From the IMG/VR virus record IMGVR_UViG_2541047126_000026: a stretch of DNA of 39,662 bases, one strand, 5' to 3'. How positions within the stretch are numbered: position 1 is the stretch's first letter; every line of letters begins with the position of its first letter. The DNA comes from a virus. Taxonomy: Duplodnaviria > Heunggongvirae > Uroviricota > Caudoviricetes. Positions 19,080 to 28,672 of this stretch are shown in pieces. Made by a program: the position numbers and the translations under genes. Under the pieces are notes generated by a model, which was given only the letters and a program-made list of their open reading frames with translations, was not told the origin of the DNA and did not search any database.

Positions 19080-20203
19080 TATTGCATTTCCTCTTTCATT
19101 TTCAGGAACTCGGCTTCGGTTTTACCCAGCAGATGGGCAGCGGCGATATCTTCAGCCGACAGCGCAGCGGTGGCAGTCTTTTTATCCGGCACGGTCACGG
19201 TGTCGGTCTGAAGGCCGGTCAGGGCCGCAACCGGCTGTCGGGCGTCAAGCTGTGCAGAAAGTGCCGCAACACCAATCTGCCCACCCAGTTGTTCCAGATA
19301 GCCGCGTTCGCTTTTGAAGATGCGCCCTTCGGATTCAGCCTTGTCCAGCACCTGCTCCAGCGTGGTGCTGCCGTGCTGTGCCGACAGCGCAACGTATTCG
19401 GTACGCAGGGCGTTATACGTTTCAACGGGCACGTATTTCGTCAGATCAATACTGCCGCCAGCCGGTGTGCCTTTTGCGGTTTCCAGCTCTGCCGACAGAC
19501 TGGCGACCTGTGTTTTCAGGTTGTCGTGTGCATCCGCGCGGGTTTTGATCCCTGTGAGGGCAGACAGCGCCGCCGTGCCCAGCTCCGGCGTAAATTCGTC
19601 ACCGTCAGCCACGGTCAGACCGAGCGCTGTCAGCAACTGGCGTAATTGCTCATTCATGGAGGTATCCTTTAAAGGAGGGTTTAAGGCGTTATAAAGGTCA
19701 TCCGCCGACAGCGCGGCGACAGGATTCATGCCGGTCAGACCGGGGTCACCGGTAATAGCCAGCATCCGAAGTTCGACAGGTTCGCCGGTGCTCTCGTCAT
19801 AGCCAATCACCGGTGAAAACCAGGGGAATTCGTTATTACGCAGATGTTCAAGGGCCGGAGGGTTCCACTTCGGGCGCACCTCGAAGCCACGCTCTTCACT
19901 GAAGCGGAAGTTTTCCGGTGAAGCCATCACAAAACCGGCAGCCGGTGCCGGATGCCCCTTAATCAGGGTCTGGTGGTTGTAGTCAATTTTCACCGGCTGA
20001 TTGAGCGCCACAACCCGGGAGACCATGCGCTCAACGGCTGCATGGTTGATCAGCCAGCCCTCGGCCGGTTTTTCCGGGCGACCGTCACGGGCCTTTACCC
20101 GACCGGCTGGCATGATCTGACACCAGTCACCGTCCCCGTCTGCGGACAGGCTGATGGCATTCAGAATGGCATAAGCAAGTTTGGGCGTGTTTTTCGTCTT
20201 CAT
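19079..20203 (-). CDS. I: Head protease/scaffold protein (Mu I-like)
   Basis: 374 aa; position between G and T. Confidence 0.8.
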   Translation of the reverse strand: MKTKNTPKLAYAILNAISLSADGDGDWCQIMPAGRVKARDGRPEKPAEGWLINHAAVERMVSRVVALNQPVKIDYNHQTLIKGHPAPAAGFVMASPENFRFSEERGFEVRPKWNPPALEHLRNNEFPWFSPVIGYDESTGEPVELRMLAITGDPGLTGMNPVAALSADDLYNALNPPLKDTSMNEQLRQLLTALGLTVADGDEFTPELGTAALSALTGIKTRADAHDNLKTQVASLSAELETAKGTPAGGSIDLTKYVPVETYNALRTEYVALSAQHGSTTLEQVLDKAESEGRIFKSERGYLEQLGGQIGVAALSAQLDARQPVAALTGLQTDTVTVPDKKTATAALSAEDIAAAHLLGKTEAEFLKMKEEMQ

Positions 20204-20379
20204 TCCGGCAGCATAAGCCGGGAATTTTCAGGGCGGGTTTTGCGGGATTTCAGGAAGTGCTTCCAGGGGAAAAATACAAAGGCGCTTCACGCAGATTTTA
20301 AAGCCCGTTAAATTCAGGTTAGAAAATCACGACACGCGCCTGAAGGGGGTAAGGTAATGCATTTGCATACCTTAAACAA
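20204..20379 (-). promoter_or_regulatory. Intergenic region upstream of I; candidate activator-dependent late promoter (P_I equivalent)
   Basis: 176 bp non-coding gap in an otherwise overlapping gene array, at the position of Mu P_I; no motif verified. Confidence 0.3.
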
Positions 20380-20853
20380 TTAAGGCGTTTCTGTGGCCTT
20401 TTTAAAGCGTTTTCTGATTTCGTCCATGATCTCCTGCTCTGCCACCTGATCAAAGCCCATATACGGACGTGCACCAATGGCCGCCGGTCCCGGCGGCATA
20501 CCTGGCAGGCCACCCCACTGATGAATGGCCGCATAAGGCTCATTTGATCCAATCAGCGCCCAGGTGTCGCCATAATCCGTGGTCAGGCGTCGGGCCAGAT
20601 CGCCGTTCAGCGTCAGGATTTTGCCGGGCATGTATCCCTTACGGGTACGCCACTTGCGGTAAGGATCTGACCAGTCATGCCAGCGTTCGCCGTCCGGCTC
20701 TTTTTCCTGTTCAAACGCCATTTCTGACGATGACAGAAGGCTGGACGCCACACTGCGGGCCAGGTCTTTTCCGCCACCCACAAACTGAAGCCGGGCAAAG
20801 ACCCGCTGGAGACGCGTAACGTCAACAACGACGGCGGCATCAATGGATGACAT
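20380..20853 (-). CDS. G: Virion morphogenesis protein (Mu G-like)
   Basis: 157 aa; synteny between F and I. Confidence 0.7.
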   Translation of the reverse strand: MSSIDAAVVVDVTRLQRVFARLQFVGGGKDLARSVASSLLSSSEMAFEQEKEPDGERWHDWSDPYRKWRTRKGYMPGKILTLNGDLARRLTTDYGDTWALIGSNEPYAAIHQWGGLPGMPPGPAAIGARPYMGFDQVAEQEIMDEIRKRFKKATETP

Positions 20854-20890
20854 ATTGCCTCCGTATAAAATATGAATATAAAATAAGCAG

Positions 20891-20973
20891 GCGGTCAGTG
20901 TACGCTTAACTGGTAAAGTCGGTGCCTGCCTCCGGGTGGATCATGTATGCGGGTTCGACCCCCGCCACTGACC
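20891..20973. other. Structured intergenic element between F and G: 9 bp inverted repeat enclosing a GCGGG-TTCGACC-CCCGC hairpin
   Basis: CGGTCAGTG...CACTGACCG with an inner hairpin that resembles a tRNA T-arm; no D or anticodon arms. Confidence 0.3.
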
Positions 20974-20974
20974 G

Positions 20975-22306
20975 TTAATCAATATCTCCTTCCAGTACCT
21001 CAAGCATTCCGCCCCGGATATCCGATTTCAGCTTATCCATATTGATAACCCGGTAAGCATTCACAATCACATCCAGTTTATCCGGCTGACGCTTCAGGCT
21101 GTACGGCGCATTAACGGCAATCTGCACACTGCCATCCTTACTTTCCACGATATACATCAGATTGTTGTGGCGTTTATCCCACAGTACCGCTTTTGGCTTT
21201 GCCAGCATTGCCGGTAATCGCCCGAAATCCTCCGGCGTCAGGGCAATGCCGTCATTCTGATGTTTCATGCTGTCCGCATGGAGCACATTTTTACCGCTCA
21301 TCGCCAGCAGGCGGGCCGGTGGCGTTCCCGTCCGGCTTTCCACCGCCTGCGCAATACTTTCGGTCATAAAGCCCAGCGTGCGGATATCGTTACCGCCTCG
21401 CCGGGTTTTCATGATGTTTTTTGCCCAGATGCGGAACGCCAGCTGCCGCTCCGGGCTGTTGTTCATCTCCTGAACCACCATTTCCCGTAACGCCGGGCTT
21501 TTCACCTCGATCAACTTGCGGAGCAGCGCCTGGTCTGTGCCGAACGCCGCCGAACCGGGGTTATATGACCAGCCCACATCCGGTGTCATGGTTCTGGTGC
21601 CATCTGAATATGTGGTCACCGGCATTTCTCTGACTTCTCCGGTCTGCTTATCCACGCCAGCCTCAACATTGCGGGTGGAAAGATGATCCTGACCGGATGA
21701 AACGGATAACCCCATTGCATCCAGACGGGTCTGAGACAATGGCCGGACACGGCAGCGGCAGTTCCAGCCATTGGGTGGGTAGTGTGTATTCCAGAACGGA
21801 TCGTCATAGCGGAATACCAGCCCGTTAAGGGCGGAATGCGCCGGGCGGGTGCGGCTGTCCATCACCGCCACATACTGCCAGAACGGATGCGTGTCCGTGT
21901 TGTTCATCATCTGCGTGTAACGCCCGGCATTGTAAGCCACGCGGGTGTTCACGTTGTAAATCAGCGCCAGACGGCGGGGACTGCCCAGCTGCACTTCTTC
22001 TGCGTTACCGACGCTGTCCACCACAATCTGCTTTCCCCACCATCCCAGCTTTTGCAGGCGGGGTGTCAGTGTGCGGATAAATGCTTTCTGTGAAATCCCC
22101 TCATCAACAGCACGCTGCACTTCCGCCTGTAGTGTGGTCAGTACGTCCAGGCGTGCCACTTTTGCCGCCGTGAATGAACGGGCATGAACATCTGCGTTTG
22201 TTTCGAACCAGTTCCAGCTGATATGCGCCCCTTTGGCGCGGAAGTATGCCACCGCCTCTTTTGAGGGAAGGGTGGCGGCATAACCTAAATCAATCCCCTG
22301 TGCCAT
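20975..22306 (-). CDS. F: Head morphogenesis protein (Mu F-like)
   Basis: 443 aa; immediately downstream of the portal gene. Confidence 0.8.
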   Translation of the reverse strand: MAQGIDLGYAATLPSKEAVAYFRAKGAHISWNWFETNADVHARSFTAAKVARLDVLTTLQAEVQRAVDEGISQKAFIRTLTPRLQKLGWWGKQIVVDSVGNAEEVQLGSPRRLALIYNVNTRVAYNAGRYTQMMNNTDTHPFWQYVAVMDSRTRPAHSALNGLVFRYDDPFWNTHYPPNGWNCRCRVRPLSQTRLDAMGLSVSSGQDHLSTRNVEAGVDKQTGEVREMPVTTYSDGTRTMTPDVGWSYNPGSAAFGTDQALLRKLIEVKSPALREMVVQEMNNSPERQLAFRIWAKNIMKTRRGGNDIRTLGFMTESIAQAVESRTGTPPARLLAMSGKNVLHADSMKHQNDGIALTPEDFGRLPAMLAKPKAVLWDKRHNNLMYIVESKDGSVQIAVNAPYSLKRQPDKLDVIVNAYRVINMDKLKSDIRGGMLEVLEGDID

Positions 22307-23888
22307 CCAGCATCCCCTTCATCTCCGCAGCAAACATGGCATCACTGAGCAGCGTCATCAGGCGGGAATCATCCATTTCACGGTAAAGGGCAGGCAGGTC
22401 TGCCAGTGCCTCCGCCAGCCCCCGCGTTCTGATGGCTTCAATGACCGGCTCCAGTACCGGGTCGATGGCCTCCTGTAACCGGCGGGCAGGCACCGCATCC
22501 CCCATGTCGTCCAGTTCATCTCGGGGGCTGCTCTTCGCTTCCGGCAGTCTGGCAGCCAGCGCTGTCTGCTCTGTCTTTTCCTGTTTTTCCGGTGGCATCT
22601 CTTTGTCTGTCTGAGCAGGTTCATTGCCACTCTGACGGACACGGAAGATGGCTTCACCGGGGGCAGGCTGTGGAATACCGGTCTGCTCCCGTACCCAGGG
22701 ATCAGGAATATCCATCCCCGTACTGAGCTGCATCACCGCACTGGTGATTTTGGTGATATCCCCCGGCTCTTTTGTCTGGAAACAGATACGCGGCAGGCGA
22801 CGGATATCAATGGCGTGGGCGGTGTTCAGGGCATACAGCGGATACACCAGATCGCGGTTCAGCGTGGCGGCCAGCTGACGTAAATCAGAATCCCTGATTT
22901 CCCGGCGCACCTCGTTATGCACTTCACCCAGCGAACGTGCGCCCTTGTCTCCGGCTTCCGTGGTCAGCGTGCCGCCGAGGATAGCTTTGGAGATGGAACG
23001 CTCCCCCCACGAAATCATGGTTTCAAACGGATCGGCCTGACCGTTCGCGGCTGCCTGAAACTCCAGCGACATCCCGGCCGGGATGATCCCGCCTGTACGT
23101 CGCCCGATATCCATCACCGCCCGCATCAGGGCGCTTTTCTGCTCCGGCGTTGCCCCGGACGGGTATTTACCGACCTTCATCGGCAGGCCGTACACCTCCA
23201 GAAATTCAGCCAGATCGCGCACGGAATAGTTTTTGAAAATGAACGGCCAGATAAGCGTCCTGACAAGCCCCGTTGCGCCGCCGTAACCGGTGCGTGAACG
23301 TGACTGATGCACTATCCAGCCAAAGGGCTGAAACGCCACCCCGGCATGGCTGCCGTCACGCAGCCGCAGTTCGCTCAAATCATCCGGGTTAAGGCAGAAA
23401 TGCCCGCTGTCACGCCAGCGGATGGCGCGGATGATGTGCATTTTACCGAGCATCCCGTGCTCAATCTCCATGCAGGAATAGCCTTTCAGGATGGCATCGG
23501 TGGCATCAAACAGCATGGCATCAAACCAGTCGGCGGAATGCAGATATTCGTCGAGCATTTCCGCGTCCTTTTTCTCATTCGCGCTGGCGTTCGGTGGCGG
23601 CTCAATACTCCAGGGCACCCCCTGAATGGCAAGGCGTCGCTTGCCCAGCTCTGCAAAAAGGTGGGTATCCTTTTCTTCAATGTCAGCGGCCAGATCGGAC
23701 TGGGCAATCAGATCGCCACGTTCAGCCCCGCGAAGGCACTGTGCCGCCCGGTTCGGGGTGATACCCGAGGCCGGATGTTCAATATAACGGCTGGCAATCT
23801 GCGGAATATCCAGCGCGGCGCTCTGCATCTCCGGGTCAAAGGAGAAAGGTTTTCCGTCAAGATCAATTATACGTCCCACTACCAGCAC
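22290..23888 (-). CDS. H: Portal protein (Mu H-like)
   Basis: 532 aa; downstream of terminase large subunit. Confidence 0.85.
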   Translation of the reverse strand: MLVVGRIIDLDGKPFSFDPEMQSAALDIPQIASRYIEHPASGITPNRAAQCLRGAERGDLIAQSDLAADIEEKDTHLFAELGKRRLAIQGVPWSIEPPPNASANEKKDAEMLDEYLHSADWFDAMLFDATDAILKGYSCMEIEHGMLGKMHIIRAIRWRDSGHFCLNPDDLSELRLRDGSHAGVAFQPFGWIVHQSRSRTGYGGATGLVRTLIWPFIFKNYSVRDLAEFLEVYGLPMKVGKYPSGATPEQKSALMRAVMDIGRRTGGIIPAGMSLEFQAAANGQADPFETMISWGERSISKAILGGTLTTEAGDKGARSLGEVHNEVRREIRDSDLRQLAATLNRDLVYPLYALNTAHAIDIRRLPRICFQTKEPGDITKITSAVMQLSTGMDIPDPWVREQTGIPQPAPGEAIFRVRQSGNEPAQTDKEMPPEKQEKTEQTALAARLPEAKSSPRDELDDMGDAVPARRLQEAIDPVLEPVIEAIRTRGLAEALADLPALYREMDDSRLMTLLSDAMFAAEMKGMLDGTGD

Positions 23889-25543
23889 CCCCGATCAAAT
23901 TCATGATATGCCTCATCGTCATCACGATAACCGCCCTCCATGGCCCGCGACCGCTCCGGCAGCGCCTGACAGGCTGATTCATCCAGGATGAAGCCCTCCA
24001 TGTATGACGCCCGGTTTGCCATACAGAGCGCCACGGCAAAATCGCCATGGCGGCGGGCGTTCACAGCCGTTGCGTTCTGGTCCTTCGTACGCCCCTTGTC
24101 AATTTGCGGGATACCGTTCACCACCTTCACATGGCGCAAATCATCAAGCGTGGTCTGATGGCGGGCGACGAGGATATTCTGATCCTCAAACTCGGCCTTC
24201 AGTTTTGGCATCCACTCGCCGTACCACTTCGGCGATAACATCACGCAGTCGATGATGTCCGGGCCAAAGGCCAGCAGCGCGGCTTCGGCCAGATAGCCGC
24301 CGTTACCGGTGGCGTCGAACGCCGCACCGACCAGCGCCGGAACGCGGGTCAGGATGTACATCATCACCTGCTCCTGCTGGGCATACGGCAGGTTGCGCAG
24401 CTCCACGCGAAACACCTCGCGTTTTGCCAGGGATTCAGTGATTTCCAGCAGCACAAAACAGGAGAGGTCACCGATGCGGGCAAAGTCTTCCCCGAAGCTG
24501 AAGCGGGAACGGGGATTTAACGCCTCTAAAAGCGGTTTTAAATGTTCTTCACACCAGGTTAAAACCTCCGATTCACGCAGCCATGCGGCACGGCTGATGA
24601 AGTCGTCCGGGGCTTCAAACGTCAGAATCGGGATGTCGCGGAGCATCGCCATTTCAATAAGCGCGTGAGGAATATAGGCACCGCCGGATTTTTTCGGGAT
24701 ACAGCCGTATTCCTCGTCGGCATCCTCACGGGTCGGGGCGTTTTTGTAGAGATCATCACGCCACTTCTGCTCGCTTTCCGGTGACCATTCGCGGCCGGTG
24801 ACATAACAGATACGACGGTACAGCCCGTCCGCAATGGCATCATCCAGGGTAATGCGGTGGACGCTGTAATCCTTGCGCCCCTCGCGGGCTTCCTGAATGT
24901 ACTGATTAAACAGATTATCGACGCCGTTATGCGTGGAGATAATACGCACGCGCGCGCCCCACATGGTGAGCGCCATTGCCGCCTTGAGAAGCTCATCCAG
25001 TGACTCGTGGAACGCGGCTTCATCAATCACCACATCCCCCTGAAGGCCGCGCAGGTTTGACGGACGGGAAGACAGTGCCTGAATTTTGAATCCACTGTTC
25101 GGAAAGCGGATCATGTAGGTCAGAATTTCTTCTTTTTTATCCCGATCCCAGAAGGTCTGCTCATACACATCAGCATCTGCCAGCTGGTTAAAGGCACGGG
25201 AGAACAGTGCGCAGGCAGAAATATATTCCAGCGCCATCTCCTGCTTTGACCCCACATAAAACACATTGCGGCCACCACGCCGCTTAGGCTTTGCGGCGGT
25301 AATGACGTTACGCCCGGCTTCCGCCCAGGTAAGCCCGGTGCGGCGGGATTTTTCCGCGATGCAGACCTCGCTTTCATCCTCAAACCAGCGGGCCTGATAA
25401 TCCAGAAATACCGGCATATCACCGGGCAAATCAAGGCTGTCCGGCACATCCACGCCCAGCAGGGCTTTTTCACCGGCCAGATCAATTTTGCGGGTGGAGA
25501 CGGTATTCGTCAGTAAGGGGGAGAGTTCTTCGGCGTTATTCAT
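23879..25543 (-). CDS. Terminase large subunit (Mu gp28-like)
   Basis: 554 aa; first large gene of the late packaging block. Confidence 0.85.
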   Translation of the reverse strand: MNNAEELSPLLTNTVSTRKIDLAGEKALLGVDVPDSLDLPGDMPVFLDYQARWFEDESEVCIAEKSRRTGLTWAEAGRNVITAAKPKRRGGRNVFYVGSKQEMALEYISACALFSRAFNQLADADVYEQTFWDRDKKEEILTYMIRFPNSGFKIQALSSRPSNLRGLQGDVVIDEAAFHESLDELLKAAMALTMWGARVRIISTHNGVDNLFNQYIQEAREGRKDYSVHRITLDDAIADGLYRRICYVTGREWSPESEQKWRDDLYKNAPTREDADEEYGCIPKKSGGAYIPHALIEMAMLRDIPILTFEAPDDFISRAAWLRESEVLTWCEEHLKPLLEALNPRSRFSFGEDFARIGDLSCFVLLEITESLAKREVFRVELRNLPYAQQEQVMMYILTRVPALVGAAFDATGNGGYLAEAALLAFGPDIIDCVMLSPKWYGEWMPKLKAEFEDQNILVARHQTTLDDLRHVKVVNGIPQIDKGRTKDQNATAVNARRHGDFAVALCMANRASYMEGFILDESACQALPERSRAMEGGYRDDDEAYHEFDRGCW

Positions 25544-26124
25544 CAGGCTTTACCCAACAGAATCCCCTTAATACGGGACTCAAGCTGTTCACTCATCCCG
25601 TCCACGCCGCGCAGCTCGTCGGTGACGGCGTTTGCCATCTCTTCAGCAAATGCGGCCCGGATTTCTTTTTCACGCTTAATGCTGCGCTCGGCGGCACTTT
25701 CCGCACGCTGTGCTGACAGGAGGATGTCCTTAATAAGACGCATATCCACGTCGCTGTCACTGTTCAGGGATTCGGTCGCGGCACGCAGACGGCGGTACAT
25801 CAGGGCGCGGGACATCTCCAGAATCAGCGCTGTGGTTTCACCGGTTGGCTTGTCTCCCAGTTCGGCCATCATGGCTTTTGTCTGCTCGCGTAAATCACGC
25901 AGGTTACGGGCAATCAGCTCATTACGGGAGGCTTCCCGGCTGATGGCCGCCGGTGAAAGCTGCTGCTCTTCCGGCAGGCCCGCCTCACGGATCAGACGGT
26001 TGATTTCCTCGCGTATCTGGACCTGCGTCAGACGTTTTTCACGCAGCATTTCCAGCAGTGGCTTACGGATGCTGTCGGGGAGCAAATCCACCTTGCGCAC
26101 GCGTCCACGCGTCGGCTTGTCCAT
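25543..26124 (-). CDS. Probable terminase small subunit (Mu gp27-like)
   Basis: 193 aa; basic N-terminus, coiled-coil-like middle; immediately upstream of the large subunit. Confidence 0.6.
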   Translation of the reverse strand: MDKPTRGRVRKVDLLPDSIRKPLLEMLREKRLTQVQIREEINRLIREAGLPEEQQLSPAAISREASRNELIARNLRDLREQTKAMMAELGDKPTGETTALILEMSRALMYRRLRAATESLNSDSDVDMRLIKDILLSAQRAESAAERSIKREKEIRAAFAEEMANAVTDELRGVDGMSEQLESRIKGILLGKA

Positions 26125-26126
26125 CG

Positions 26127-26417
26127 TTACCCCCTTGCGCGTGGTTTCTTCACACCCGGAACGCTGGCGCGACCTTCCGCCACATCCTGACCCCGGCCGG
26201 TCAGTTCGGCGATGAAATAACCGTTAACGAGCGTGCGCTTACGCACCAGTCCCTGCTCGGCAAGCCAGGCAATGTGGGTGTGAACGGTGTCGCGGGACAC
26301 GCGGTGGCCGTAATCATCCAGACAGTCCTGGAGCACGGATTCACCCAGTTCACCGTTGTAATCTGCCAGCGACCGCAGAATGACCAGACGCTGATCTTCA
26401 GTAATGAAATCACTCAT
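26127..26417 (-). CDS. Mu gp26-like small protein, possible winged-helix DNA binding
   Basis: 96 aa; synteny. Confidence 0.45.
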   Translation of the reverse strand: MSDFITEDQRLVILRSLADYNGELGESVLQDCLDDYGHRVSRDTVHTHIAWLAEQGLVRKRTLVNGYFIAELTGRGQDVAEGRASVPGVKKPRARG

Positions 26418-26722
26418 TGCGTTTTTTTCCTTACAGCCTGCTCCAGCAGCAGTTCGTTCTGATAGGAGACAGAGCGGAGCGTGGCGTTCGTGGTTTTCAG
26501 TTCACCCCGCAGGGTCACGATTTCCACATTCAGACGGTTGACCTCGGCTTCTGTCGGCAGTGACGACAGGCGGGTTTCCACCTTCTCAACGCGGTCGGAG
26601 AGTTTTTCAAAGGCCTCGCGGGGGACAAACGTTTTGCGCATCAGCGCCATGAATATCCCGCCAGCGGTTGCCGTCGCCGAAAGGATCGGCACAACATAAT
26701 CTTTAACGATGCTGACCCACAT
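26414..26722 (-). CDS. Mu gp25-like protein with N-terminal transmembrane segment
   Basis: 102 aa; hydrophobic N-terminus then coiled-coil-like region; next to the lysis genes. Confidence 0.45.
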   Translation of the reverse strand: MWVSIVKDYVVPILSATATAGGIFMALMRKTFVPREAFEKLSDRVEKVETRLSSLPTEAEVNRLNVEIVTLRGELKTTNATLRSVSYQNELLLEQAVRKKTQ

Positions 26723-26933
26723 GACGGGCCTCCATGATGTTCTGGCAGTTCACACAACGGATGGCATCCGGCACAGCAACAAGACGTGCGGCGGGGATCT
26801 CTCCGCCACAGTCCGCGCAGACACGTCTGCCCGGAGCATCCATTGCCCGGCGCTTACGTGTCAGCCGGTTACAAAGGGCGCGTTCTGATCCCCGCTCCAT
26901 CACAGCCTGAGCACGATCTGAATCATCCATACC
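26703..26933 (-). CDS. TraR/DksA-family C4 zinc-finger protein; track ORF 26703..26996, internal start preferred
   Basis: CADCGGEIPAARLVAVPDAIRCVNC, a CxxC-x17-CxxC finger; the track start would overlap the o-spanin. Confidence 0.6.
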   Translation of the reverse strand, partial: GMDDSDRAQAVMERGSERALCNRLTRKRRAMDAPGRRVCADCGGEIPAARLVAVPDAIRCVNCQNIMEARHVGQHR

Positions 26934-26940
26934 TTTTTCC

Positions 26941-27312
26941 TTACTTCGTCTTTCCTGCCGGAACAGCAGGCGTTCCGGCCATATCAGTAAATTCATGTTG
27001 TCGCCGCGCCTCCAGACGACGAATACTGGCCTTGTCCACGTTGCAGTTCTTGATCACCGCCAGCAGTTGCAGGTTGTAAGTGACCGATGCCCCAAACGTG
27101 AACGGCTCCGGCGCAGGAGGGACCAGGCAGTCAGCCAGCCATTCAGCGGGGATCGGCACCGGCTTCACAGGCACGTATTTCACAGACGGCCCGGCGCACC
27201 CGATCAGCCACATCATCAGGAACAGGGGCAGAGGCCGCAGGCACTGCCGCCAGCGACCGGCGGACAACGCTCTGCTGCCCCTCGCTGTGCTGAATGTTCT
27301 GTTGTTTTTCAT
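26941..27312 (-). CDS. Outer-membrane spanin (Rz1-like lipoprotein); start inferred at MKNNRTF
   Basis: Lipobox LIGC followed by Pro-rich mature region (CAGPSVKYVPVKPVPIPAEW); overlaps the i-spanin 3' end in another frame. Confidence 0.55.
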   Translation of the reverse strand: MKNNRTFSTARGSRALSAGRWRQCLRPLPLFLMMWLIGCAGPSVKYVPVKPVPIPAEWLADCLVPPAPEPFTFGASVTYNLQLLAVIKNCNVDKASIRRLEARRQHEFTDMAGTPAVPAGKTK

Positions 27313-27541
27313 TCGTGGCCGCCTCACTGATTTGTGAAATGAGTTGCAGGGTGTGCTGCTGATTTGCCAGCACCTGACGCGCCTCATCCCGCTCACGCAC
27401 AAGCACCTGATTATTGTCTTCAAGGCGCTGCGTCTTCTGGTGCATTCCCCATATAGCGGCAACCAGTACAGCGATAATCCCCAGCGCCGCCATGCACGCC
27501 CCGGCAATCAGGGCCGGTAAGGCATTATTCACCGCAGCCAC
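27143..27541 (-). CDS. Inner-membrane spanin (Rz-like); start uncertain (GTG near 27541 or ATG near 27493)
   Basis: N-terminal transmembrane segment (ALPALIAGACMAALGIIAVLVAAIW), then a Gln/Glu-rich helical region; downstream of the endolysin. Confidence 0.5.
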   Translation of the reverse strand: MAAVNNALPALIAGACMAALGIIAVLVAAIWGMHQKTQRLEDNNQVLVRERDEARQVLANQQHTLQLISQISEAATNEKQQNIQHSEGQQSVVRRSLAAVPAASAPVPDDVADRVRRAVCEIRACEAGADPR

Positions 27542-27605
27542 AGGACACCCCGTAACAGCAGTACCGCACACAGCAGCGCTATCATGAGCGGTCGCCAGAG
27601 CCGGT

Positions 27606-28106
27606 TCAGACTTTCGGCAAGTCGTAGCGACATAACCATTCATCCGCCGAACGGCGGGCCTCAAGGCCGGGGAGTTTCACCCCCTTTGAATAAATCCAGC
27701 GGATATACTGCTTACAGGACGCGGGCATCTGCCCGGCATTGATCAGGCGCAGAAGCGTGGAGTTGCGAAAGTTCGTTTCACCGGCCCAGAAGATCCACGA
27801 AGCCAGCGCCACCGTCTGACCACGGGTAAGCGGCACCTGAACACGCCGATCAATGGCCGCAAAGGCCCATTTCATGTCCTTTTCCAGTAGTTCCAGGCAT
27901 TCTTCATCTGTCAGGGTCATACCCGGTTTCACATCCGGGCCGGTATGGCCGTAACAGATGGTGGGTGTACCGGTGGGATCGATATACGTGGAGTTTTCTT
28001 TCCCTTCCCAGTAACCGGTGTAATGCGTGGCAATCGTGAACGTCCCGGCACCGGCCAGAACAAGGGCAATCAGCTTTTTACGCAGTGGTGCGGGGAGTTT
28101 TGGCAT
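27606..28106 (-). CDS. lys: Endolysin, lysozyme family with N-terminal signal-anchor (SAR type)
   Basis: 166 aa; hydrophobic N-terminus KLIALVLAGAGTFTIA; catalytic E...D...T spacing in YWEGKENSTYIDPTGTPT as in T4-lysozyme-like enzymes. Confidence 0.8.
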   Translation of the reverse strand: MPKLPAPLRKKLIALVLAGAGTFTIATHYTGYWEGKENSTYIDPTGTPTICYGHTGPDVKPGMTLTDEECLELLEKDMKWAFAAIDRRVQVPLTRGQTVALASWIFWAGETNFRNSTLLRLINAGQMPASCKQYIRWIYSKGVKLPGLEARRSADEWLCRYDLPKV

Positions 28107-28177
28107 TGTTACGCTGTCTCATGATGTTCTCTGAGTCAGCGTAACGGTGAAGGAGAGGCGGCAGGCTTTGCGGAATA

Positions 28178-28603
28178 TCAGAAAAGTGGCGGTTGCGTTC
28201 TTGCCAGATGCAGACGGCGCTGTTCGCGTATGACGGTATAAATCTGGGTTTCTGACATCCGGTAATGGCGGCGAAGGGATTCAATTTTCTCGCCCCGGTC
28301 CCAGCGCGAAAATATCTCATTGTTTCGCAGCTCGGCAAAGAGAGATTCCCCGACCGGCAGGTAATAACCCCGTCCGCCCATATAGGCTGCCTGAGCCGCA
28401 GCCACCTTGCGTGCCAGTTTACCGGCCAGTACCGGCTCAATCCCCTGACGCTGAAGTTCTGCGCCGGTGACTTCAACCAGTTCTGACAGGGTCCGCGGCC
28501 AGTTCTTTTTGAGAACATCATCAGGGATGTCATCAAGGCGGTCGATAAGGGCGTGCAGTTGCTCACTGTCACCACCAAACATGCTCATCTGAGTTTCTGC
28601 CAT
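28178..28603 (-). CDS. Mor/C-family transcriptional activator of middle/late genes
   Basis: 141 aa; C-terminal HTH (ESLRRHYRMSETQIYTVIREQRRL) and overall layout of Mu Mor/C; located between GemA and lys. Confidence 0.75.
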   Translation of the reverse strand: MAETQMSMFGGDSEQLHALIDRLDDIPDDVLKKNWPRTLSELVEVTGAELQRQGIEPVLAGKLARKVAAAQAAYMGGRGYYLPVGESLFAELRNNEIFSRWDRGEKIESLRRHYRMSETQIYTVIREQRRLHLARTQPPLF

Positions 28604-28672
28604 ATCAGCCTCCGGTTCTCGCGTTCCCGGTAAGTTTAAAATAAAAATCCCGCGTTGTGGCGGGATTTGGAG

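Noticed and set aside
20891-20973. Possible tRNA gene
   Set aside because: Acceptor-like and T-arm-like helices exist, but no D-arm or anticodon arm can be formed and the outer stem is 9 bp; kept only as a structured element.
23307-23906. 199 aa plus-strand ORF
   Set aside because: Antisense to the portal gene; spurious.
25622-26215. 197 aa plus-strand ORF rich in Arg/Ser
   Set aside because: Antisense to the small terminase gene; composition typical of antisense frames.
28078-28578. 166 aa minus-strand ORF overlapping the Mor/C gene in another frame
   Set aside because: The in-frame Mor/C ORF has the conserved C-terminal HTH; the alternate frame has no recognisable features.
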